From Candidatus Acidiferrales bacterium (GTDB taxonomy: Bacteria > Acidobacteriota > Terriglobia > Acidiferrales > UBA7541): a DNA stretch of 45,816 nt. The notes beneath the pieces were generated by a model. It searched no databases, was not told the origin of the DNA, and worked only from the letters and a program-made list of their open reading frames with translations. The DNA lies in contig JASHRL010000231.1 of assembly GCA_030037355.1 (NCBI GenBank), positions 1 through 45,816 on the forward strand, given 5' to 3'. Of the stretch, positions 9,882 through 16,568 are shown piece after piece (positions within the stretch are counted from its first letter, which is position 1; every line of letters begins with the position of its first letter). The translations under genes and the position numbers were made by a program.

Positions 9882-11000
9882 CTATCCTGTGCCGCGCTCT
9901 GCGGGTGCGCGCACATCGCTCAAGACGCGCAGGAACTTTTCGTTCTCTTCTTCCGTCCCGACGCTCACGCGAACGGCGTTCGGAAATCCCATCCATGCCA
10001 TTGGCCTCACAATCACCCCCAGCTTGAGCATCTCTTGCGCCAGCGCATCGCCATCGCCGCCGACTTCCACGAGAATGAAATTCGCCACGGACGGCACGAA
10101 CTTCACTCCGAGCGCGCGCATCCCGCTCTCCAGTTGCGTCAGTCCTTGCCGGTTCGCCTCGAGCGACTTCCTCACGTGCTCCGCATCGTCGAGCGCCGCC
10201 AGCGCCGCGGCTTGCGCCACTCCCGACACCGGAAACGGCAAACGTATCTTATCGATTTCGTGCAAGAGCGCCGTGGGACCGATCCCATACCCAACGCGCA
10301 AACCTGCCAGCCCGTACACCTTGGAAAACGTTCTCAGCACCAGAATATTCCTGCCGGCACGCACCACATCCAACGACCGCGAATAATTCGGCATCGAAAC
10401 GTATTCGTAATATGCCTCGTCCAGCACCACCAGAATTCCCTCGGGCACCTGCGCGAAAAATTCCTCGAACGCATTCGCGTTGAACACCGTCCCCGTCGGA
10501 TTATTCGGATTCGCAACGTAAATCACTTTCGTTTCTGGCTCGATGGCGCGCAGAATCGCATTCAGATCGAATCCATATTCTCTCAGCGGCACGAGAATGA
10601 GCTTCGCTCCCATCTTTTCGATCGCGATATAATAGAGCGGAAACGATCCTTCCGACGTCACCGCGCTTTCGCCGGGCCCCAGCAGCGCCGACGCTGCCAG
10701 ATGAATCAAATCCGTCGAGCCGCTTCCGATGATGATGTTCTCCTGCGGCACGTCCAGGCGCTTCGCCAGCGCCTCGCGCAAGTAGTAGCTTCCGCCGTCG
10801 GGATACCGATGCGCCTCGCTGAACGCCTTCTTCGCCGCCGCGACGCCCATCGGCGACGGCCCCAGCGGATTCTCATTCGACGCGAGCTTCACCGCGCGCA
10901 TTCCCAATTCGCGCTCGACTTCCTCGATCGGTTTGCCGGGAATGTAAGGATCAATTTCTCGGATGTACTGCGGTATGCCGTTGTGCGGGGCGTTTTTCAT
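9882..11000 (-). CDS. hisC: histidinol-phosphate aminotransferase
   Basis: 372 aa. Has LASNENPLGPSP, NPNNPTG and the PLP-lysine motif RTFSKVYGLAGLRVGY. Confidence 0.9.
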   Translation of the reverse strand: MKNAPHNGIPQYIREIDPYIPGKPIEEVERELGMRAVKLASNENPLGPSPMGVAAAKKAFSEAHRYPDGGSYYLREALAKRLDVPQENIIIGSGSTDLIHLAASALLGPGESAVTSEGSFPLYYIAIEKMGAKLILVPLREYGFDLNAILRAIEPETKVIYVANPNNPTGTVFNANAFEEFFAQVPEGILVVLDEAYYEYVSMPNYSRSLDVVRAGRNILVLRTFSKVYGLAGLRVGYGIGPTALLHEIDKIRLPFPVSGVAQAAALAALDDAEHVRKSLEANRQGLTQLESGMRALGVKFVPSVANFILVEVGGDGDALAQEMLKLGVIVRPMAWMGFPNAVRVSVGTEEENEKFLRVLSDVRAPAERGTG

Positions 11001-11008
11001 TTCAAATG

Positions 11009-11827
11009 TTAGCGTCTCGGAAATCGTTCTTTTGCCGGCTCGCTTCGCTTTCGCGCGTAAAAACTCCGCGGTTTGACCCTCACCGCGCCACGTCGCGCAC
11101 CCTCGGTTCCCTTTGGTGCCTCCGCGTGGCGCTCCGCTCTGGCCAGCGCGCGCTCGAGCTCGCTCACTTCTTCGTTCGTCAAATGCCTGTATTGCCCGGG
11201 CGCGAGCGGCCCCATTTCCAGATATCCAATGGCCACGCGCTTCATCTTATCGACCGGATGCCCGCTTGCCATCAGCGCCTGCCGGAATTGGTCTTTCGTC
11301 GCCCCTGAAAGCGTCACCTGCCACCATCCGCCCGCCAATCCTTTTGCGCGCTCCATTTTCGCATGCCCTGCTCGCTCCGCATCGCGAATCTCGGATTCGC
11401 TTGGCATGCCGGAAGTCTTGCAGAGATAAATCTGTGGCAGCGCATGCGCACGCATCGCGCGATTCGCCAGCTCGCCGTCATTCGTCAGCAGCAGCAATCC
11501 CGACGCGTGATATTCCAGCCTCCCGACAGGGAAAACTCGTCCCGGCACTCCGCGCACAAAATCCGCAATCGTTCGCCGGCCTTCCGGATCGCGCATCGTC
11601 GCCACCACACCATCTGGCTTGTTCAGCGCGATATAGACTTTCGTTCCTGTCAGTCGCAGCAGTTTGCCTGCAACGCGAATGTGATCCCTCGCCGCGTCCG
11701 CTTTCGTGCCCAGTTCGGTCACCACGCGCCCATTCACGGCCACTTGTCCCGACGAAATCAGCGCTTCCGCATTTCGTCGCGAAGCGATTCCCGCCCGCGC
11801 AATAATTTTCTGCAGTCGCTCTTCCAT
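11009..11827 (-). CDS. RsuA/RluB-family pseudouridine synthase homologue with a divergent active site
   Basis: N-terminal S4 domain (RLQKIIARAGIASRRNAEALISSGQVAVNG). Core motif PVGRLEYHASGLLLLTNDGELANR, where the family consensus is GRLD. Basic C-terminal tail. Sits in the conserved scpA-scpB-rluB position. Confidence 0.82.
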   Translation of the reverse strand: MEERLQKIIARAGIASRRNAEALISSGQVAVNGRVVTELGTKADAARDHIRVAGKLLRLTGTKVYIALNKPDGVVATMRDPEGRRTIADFVRGVPGRVFPVGRLEYHASGLLLLTNDGELANRAMRAHALPQIYLCKTSGMPSESEIRDAERAGHAKMERAKGLAGGWWQVTLSGATKDQFRQALMASGHPVDKMKRVAIGYLEMGPLAPGQYRHLTNEEVSELERALARAERHAEAPKGTEGARRGAVRVKPRSFYARKRSEPAKERFPRR

Positions 11828-11859
11828 GGAATTTCGTTCATCCGATTCGTGGAGATACC

Positions 11860-12597
11860 TTACGCGCCTGCTGCCTTGCTTTGACCTTCGCTATCCAGCA
11901 AGTCTTGCTCCGTAGATAAATTTTCCTGTGGCGCAATCTGTGTCGCACTGCCTTCCGCGGTACCAACTTCGGTTATCGATTTCACAGATGCCGCCATCTC
12001 TTCGCCGTCGCTCTGAACCGCTTCCTCCGGCTCCGTCGGCGCAATTCCTTCGTCCGCGCCCAGCGCTGCCTGCGCCAGTTGCTCAAATTCCTTCAGGCTC
12101 GGCAGCTCATCCAAATCCGCGAGTCCAAAGCGCATCAGGAAATCCTTCGACGTGCGGTACAGAATCGGCCGCCCCACCGCATCCTTGCGTCCCGCCGTTG
12201 TAATCAGCCGGCGTTCGAGCAGCGTTTTCACCACGCCGCCGCAATTCACGCCGCGAATTTCGTTGATTTCCGGCAGCGTAGCCGGCTGCTTGTACGCGAT
12301 CACCGAAAGCGTTTCAAGCGCGGGAATCGTCAATCGCAGCGGCGGCCGCAGTCCCTTGATAAACCTCCGCACCGCATCGTGATGCTGCGCTTTCGTATAC
12401 ATCTTCCAGCCGCCCGCCACTTTGCGAATCTCGATGCCACGCTCATCCGCGGCGTACGACGCGACGAGCCTGTCCAGCGCCGCGCGTACTTCCGCCTTCT
12501 CTCCGCCTATCGCCGCGACAATTTGCTCCAGCGTCGCCGGCTCGTCCGCCGCGTAGATAATCGCTTCCAACGCGCTTTGCAGTTCCTGTTCGGTCAT
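11860..12597 (-). CDS. scpB: SMC-ScpA-ScpB condensin subunit ScpB
   Basis: LEAIIYAADEPATLEQI..., ETLSVIAYKQPATLPEINEIRGV and GRPILYRTSKDFLMRFGL are typical ScpB winged-helix segments. ATG 12597 (MTEQEL) is preferred over the track start 12657, which would run through a GC palindrome. Confidence 0.85.
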   Translation of the reverse strand: MTEQELQSALEAIIYAADEPATLEQIVAAIGGEKAEVRAALDRLVASYAADERGIEIRKVAGGWKMYTKAQHHDAVRRFIKGLRPPLRLTIPALETLSVIAYKQPATLPEINEIRGVNCGGVVKTLLERRLITTAGRKDAVGRPILYRTSKDFLMRFGLADLDELPSLKEFEQLAQAALGADEGIAPTEPEEAVQSDGEEMAASVKSITEVGTAEGSATQIAPQENLSTEQDLLDSEGQSKAAGA

Positions 12598-12617
12598 GAC
12601 TGATTCGCCTTCAGGGG

Positions 12618-12655
12618 GTCGGAGCCTGCCTGCGCAGGCAGGCTTAAGCTCCGAC
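12618..12655. repeat. GC-rich nested palindrome (REP-like) between scpA and scpB
   Basis: GTCGGAGC (12618-12625) pairs with GCTCCGAC (12648-12655). Inside lies a perfect 20-nt palindrome, GCCTGCCTGC|GCAGGCAGGC (12624-12643). Confidence 0.6.
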
Positions 12656-12751
12656 AAAACAGCGCCCCTAGGTTATTTTCCTTTCGCGCGCTTCATCCGC
12701 GCGATGTATTCGTTTCCCCAACCCAGAATTGTTCTCCACTTGGTATCTTTT

Positions 12752-13540
12752 TCACAAATACTCTTCGTCAATCTTTGCGATCGCCTCGCCGCCTTCGAAC
12801 ACCACATCGAACAACTTGTGCTTCCGCAGCATCACGTCGCCGAACATTTTCTCCTGCACCAGCGCCACCGCTTGCAGCCTCACCATTTCGAGTACCGCCA
12901 GCAGCGCCACAATCATCGCACGCCGCGACGGGCAAGCCTCGAAAAACTCCGTCAGCGACACTGCTTCGTCATTCGTCAGCAGCCGCGCGCGCAATTGCTC
13001 CATCATCTGCGCCACGGTCACGACTTCATGCGTCAGCTCGACTTTTGCGACTTCCCGCCGCCGTTCGAGCACCTGCTGAAACACTTTCACCAGGTCCACG
13101 AGCGAAACAACCAGTTCGCCTTCCGTCTCCTCGCCTTCGTAAAGCGAAAGATCCGGATGCGACCACACATGCGCCTCGAGCTGCTGCTTTTCGTAAAGCA
13201 TCTGCGCCGCATTCTTGAATTTCTCGTGCTCCAGCAGACGATGAACCAATTCCTCGCGCGGGTCGCCCTGCTCCTCCGGCGGCGCCAGCGGATCCACAGG
13301 CAGGAGCATCTTCGACTTGATATGAATCAGAGTCGCCGCCATGTAAAGAAAATCCGCGGAAATATCCACATTCAGTTTTTCCAGCTGATGCAGGTAATCG
13401 AGATACTGCTTCGTGATTTTCGCGATGGGAATATTGTGGATGTCGATTTCCTGCTTGCGCACCAAATCCAGCAGCAAATCGAGCGGCCCTTCATAGACCG
13501 GCAACTGAATTCTGTAATCGGGTTGTGCGTTCGCCGCCAT
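12752..13540 (-). CDS. scpA: segregation and condensation protein A
   Basis: 262 aa. The N-terminal LPVYEGPLDLLLDLVRKQEIDIHNIPIAKIT is the ScpA signature. Lies directly upstream of scpB on the same strand. Confidence 0.9.
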   Translation of the reverse strand: MAANAQPDYRIQLPVYEGPLDLLLDLVRKQEIDIHNIPIAKITKQYLDYLHQLEKLNVDISADFLYMAATLIHIKSKMLLPVDPLAPPEEQGDPREELVHRLLEHEKFKNAAQMLYEKQQLEAHVWSHPDLSLYEGEETEGELVVSLVDLVKVFQQVLERRREVAKVELTHEVVTVAQMMEQLRARLLTNDEAVSLTEFFEACPSRRAMIVALLAVLEMVRLQAVALVQEKMFGDVMLRKHKLFDVVFEGGEAIAKIDEEYL

Positions 13541-13564
13541 ATTCTCTGTTCTCTGCTTTTGTAG

Positions 13565-13603
13565 GGGCGACCTTCAGGTCGCCCGCGGCTGCGCCAGCAG
13601 CCG
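13565..13603. repeat. two tandem GC-rich hairpins (REP-like)
   Basis: GGGCGACC-TTCA-GGTCGCCC (13565-13584) is followed by CGGCTGC-GCCA-GCAGCCG (13586-13603). No U-tract on either strand. Confidence 0.55.
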
Positions 13604-13628
13604 GTGAATCCAATCTAATCCTTCTTGT

Positions 13629-14129
13629 TCATCCGCGCGCAACGCTCGCTTCCCTCGGCGGCGCGAATTTCTTCACCATCAGCGCAATCGCCAGCCCAAT
13701 GCAAAAGAGCAGCGCCAGCACGCCGCTCACTCGCGACGCCACCGTCATCGCCGCCCGCGCGTGCGGCACGCGCGTCATCGGCAGCACCACGAAATTCATG
13801 ATGATGTAAACCACACCGCCGTACACAATGCCGCAAATCGTCGCCTGCCGCGTCAAAATTTTCAGCCTGCGACTCAAAAGATAAAACACCACCGTCCAGG
13901 TCATCGCAATCGTGTAATGAATCGCCACTCCCAGCGCCACCGACGCCCCGCCCATCGTGAACGACCTGCCGTCGATCAGTCCGCTCGCGATATATTGAAA
14001 AATCTGATGCGGCGTGATGTGCCGGAACGCATTGAAGATAATGTTCTCCGAAATATCCAGCGTCCCCGCGACGAGTCCAATCCACACAACCGTCCAGACA
14101 CCGTGCGCTTTTGGCGTATTGTTTATCAC
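13629..14129 (-). CDS. hypothetical integral membrane protein (~4 TM)
   Basis: 166 aa with four long hydrophobic segments (VWTVVWIGLVAGTL, VALGVAIHYTIAMTWTVVFYLL, ICGIVYGGVVYIIMNFVV, VLALLFCIGLAIALMV). The GTG start lies inside a heptad repeat, so the 5' end is uncertain. Confidence 0.6.
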   Translation of the reverse strand: MINNTPKAHGVWTVVWIGLVAGTLDISENIIFNAFRHITPHQIFQYIASGLIDGRSFTMGGASVALGVAIHYTIAMTWTVVFYLLSRRLKILTRQATICGIVYGGVVYIIMNFVVLPMTRVPHARAAMTVASRVSGVLALLFCIGLAIALMVKKFAPPREASVARG

Positions 14130-14155
14130 TCGTCACCGCCTTTGCGCGTTGCTTG

Positions 14156-14183
14156 CTCGTCACTCGTCACTTGGCACTCACCT
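14156..14183. repeat. 7-nt periodic array (4 units)
   Basis: CTCGTCA|CTCGTCA|CTTGGCA|CTCACCT on the + strand, which is AGTGACG-type on the gene strand. Lies immediately upstream of the membrane-protein gene. A further partial unit, TCACTCGTCACC, is at 14126-14137. Confidence 0.6.
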
Positions 14184-14364
14184 GCCCTGAGTGTATTGGC
14201 GAAGGGGCGCTGCATCTCATCCCGCGCCTTCCCAATCGAAAACCGGCTTCCGAACTCGCTCCATCCCCTGCTCGTCAGCAACCGCGACCGGCCAACCCGC
14301 AACACATTTCAAAAATCCTTCCTATTGCGCGCCTTATCTGCGCAAGGTATTCAGCTCGTGCCCT

Positions 14365-15684
14365 TCACTTCCCTTGCGTCACTGGCGAAGCGGCAGGTCT
14401 GCCCGCCCCTTCCCAGTTGAACACTGCCTTGCGCACGCGTTCCATTGTTCCTTCCGCCACTTTCTTCGCCCGTTGCGAACCATCCTCGAGGACTTGCCAC
14501 ACTTCCCGCGGGTTCTTTTCGTATTTCGCGCGCCGCGCCTGAATCGGTTCGATCCATTTCACCAGCGCGTCTGCCATCAGCTTCTTGCAATCGACGCAGC
14601 CGATCGCCGCCGTGCGGCATTCGCGGTCCACGCGCTCGATGCGCGCGCAATCCTCTGCCGATTTTTTCTCTGGAAACAAATTGTGATACGCAAACACAGG
14701 GCAAACTTCCGGCCGTCCCGGATCCGTTCGCCGCACGCGCTGCGGGTCCGTCATCATATTGCGCGTCTTCGCGCGAATTTCCTCCGGCGTGTCGGTGAGC
14801 CAAATCGCGTTGCCATAACTCTTCGCCATCCGCCGCCCATCCGTCCCCGGCACTCTCGGCGTCTCCGTCAAAATCACATCCGGCTCCTGCAACGGTTCTG
14901 TTACGCGCACAAACTTCTTCTCAGATCCCAACGAATCTACGAAGTTTCGGATTCCAATCTTGGCCGCGTGGTCGCGTATGTGAGTAAGAAAACTGCTTCG
15001 TGCCTCGAGTCGAACGTCGGGAAGCTCGGCAATGTTTTGCAGATACCGATTATGCGCCTCGCGGTCCACCTTCCCGAGAATCGCGTAGAAATCAGAGACG
15101 TTTTGAGGCAAGAAGATGTCGCTATCCACATCGAGGCCAAACATCACGTTAAATCTCCGCACAATCTCTCTTGTCATCTCAATATGCGGCGCCTGATCCT
15201 CCCCCACCGGCACGAGCAGCTTCTGCCCCGATTCCCCGTACATCACAATGTCCGCGCTTTGCAGCAGCGGATAACCCAGAAATCCATACGTCCCCAAATC
15301 CTTGTCGCGCAAATTCTCGATTTGTTCTTTATACGTCGGCACGCGCTCGAGCCACGAAAGCGGCGTAATCATCGAGAGCAGCAGGTGCAGCTCCGCATGC
15401 TCCGGCACGCTCGACTGAATGAAAATCGTGGCCTTCTTCGGATCGAGCCCCACCGACAGCCAGTCCGTCGCCACTTCCAGCGTGTTCGTCGCCACCTGCG
15501 AACTATCCGCGTAATGCGTCGTCAGCGCGTGCCAGTCCGCGACGAAATAGAAGCAGTCATACTCATCCTGCATCTTCAGCCAATTCGATAGCGCGCCGAA
15601 GTAATGCCCGATGTGCAGCCGCCCCGTCGGCCGCATCCCGCTCAGCACCCTCGCCCTACGCGCGCTTTTGTCTTCGCTTTTCAC
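14365..15684 (-). CDS. trpS: tryptophan--tRNA ligase (long form, Cys-rich C-terminal motif)
   Basis: RVLSGMRPTGRLHIGHYFGAL (HIGH), GEDQAPHIEMTREIVRRFN, and a KMSKS-like RMAKS. 439 aa. GTG start at 15684; an alternative ATG lies at 15636. Confidence 0.9.
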   Translation of the reverse strand: MKSEDKSARRARVLSGMRPTGRLHIGHYFGALSNWLKMQDEYDCFYFVADWHALTTHYADSSQVATNTLEVATDWLSVGLDPKKATIFIQSSVPEHAELHLLLSMITPLSWLERVPTYKEQIENLRDKDLGTYGFLGYPLLQSADIVMYGESGQKLLVPVGEDQAPHIEMTREIVRRFNVMFGLDVDSDIFLPQNVSDFYAILGKVDREAHNRYLQNIAELPDVRLEARSSFLTHIRDHAAKIGIRNFVDSLGSEKKFVRVTEPLQEPDVILTETPRVPGTDGRRMAKSYGNAIWLTDTPEEIRAKTRNMMTDPQRVRRTDPGRPEVCPVFAYHNLFPEKKSAEDCARIERVDRECRTAAIGCVDCKKLMADALVKWIEPIQARRAKYEKNPREVWQVLEDGSQRAKKVAEGTMERVRKAVFNWEGAGRPAASPVTQGK

Positions 15685-15718
15685 TCGCTCGCCCTGAGAG
15701 AATTTGAAGAGTTACCCG

Positions 15719-16507
15719 TCATGCTAGACCATTGATCGCGGTAACTCGATACACGTGCGTCCAAACAATCGCGTCCAGCCACAAAGCACCGCGATCTGTC
15801 ATAAAACCCCGCCAGCCCATATGCATTGGCGTGTGCCTCGCGAGTACATTTTTCTTCAGTTCAGGCGTAAACACTTGCGCGTAACGACGCAGTAGCTCGG
15901 CCCGGTTTTCCATTAAGTGGTCCTCGCCGTCTATAACCACTCGGAGAGGATAGCTGCACAACGAAGCGACTGCTGCGCGGTCATCAGCCCCAACGGCACG
16001 CTTCAGTGCGTCGAAAAAACTGTCAGCGCCTCTCTCATACTGGCGGTCGGGAACACGCTCCAACAACTTGATATCGTGTGGAGGGGAGATCGCCTCAATC
16101 GACGGTTCACTGTCCTTATCAGATTGGGCTATGATAATTTGGCCGTCCGCTATCCTTGAGGTTGAATCCGGGTAGGACGTCAACTGGCATCCGCTTGGGC
16201 GGAAAAGGATGGATCGCAGACCCGAATCGAAAATGAGATCGAACTTGTCAATAAAGGCCGTATCATCAGGTATCAGAAAATCCCGTCCGTCTCGTTCAAC
16301 TTCGATCGGATACAAGGCTACCCATTTTGATACGAGCTCGCGTTTATCATCCTGCACGGCTGCTCTCAACCCTGCGCAGAAATGTGCCGCAGTCGCCTGA
16401 CTGATATCAACGGGAGCGTCAACGTCTTGCGATTTCGCTTGAGCAGTACCCCCACAAAAAACCAACAGCCCGACAAGGTAAGCTCGAAGCTGGCGTTTCC
16501 AGCGCAT
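15719..16507 (-). CDS. secreted hypothetical protein with internal duplication
   Basis: ATG 16507 gives the signal peptide MRWKRQLRAYLVGLLVFCGGTAQA. The track start at 16543 is a GTG inside a repeat. Visibly AT-richer than its neighbours. Two similar halves. Confidence 0.6.
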   Translation of the reverse strand: MRWKRQLRAYLVGLLVFCGGTAQAKSQDVDAPVDISQATAAHFCAGLRAAVQDDKRELVSKWVALYPIEVERDGRDFLIPDDTAFIDKFDLIFDSGLRSILFRPSGCQLTSYPDSTSRIADGQIIIAQSDKDSEPSIEAISPPHDIKLLERVPDRQYERGADSFFDALKRAVGADDRAAVASLCSYPLRVVIDGEDHLMENRAELLRRYAQVFTPELKKNVLARHTPMHMGWRGFMTDRGALWLDAIVWTHVYRVTAINGLA

Positions 16508-16533
16508 CCCGCTCAGCAGCCTCACTCGTTTTT

Positions 16534-16568
16534 CACTAGCCACTAGTCACTCGCCACTAGCCACTTGT
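16534..16568. repeat. 7-nt periodic array (5 units)
   Basis: CACTAGC|CACTAGT|CACTCGC|CACTAGC|CACTTGT. It spans the acyl-CoA dehydrogenase stop codon and the following intergenic spacer. Confidence 0.65.

Noticed and set aside
9402-11012. 536-aa plus-strand ORF
   Set aside because: It is antisense to the well-supported hisC and CoA-binding genes. The translation is Arg/His-rich low complexity, typical of a shadow ORF in high-GC DNA.
12596-13564. 322-aa plus-strand ORF
   Set aside because: It is antisense to scpA, whose product has clear family motifs. Its composition (R/H/L/Q-rich) is that of a shadow frame.
14191-15591. 466-aa plus-strand ORF
   Set aside because: It is antisense to trpS (HIGH and KMSKS-like motifs are on the minus strand). 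Shadow ORF.
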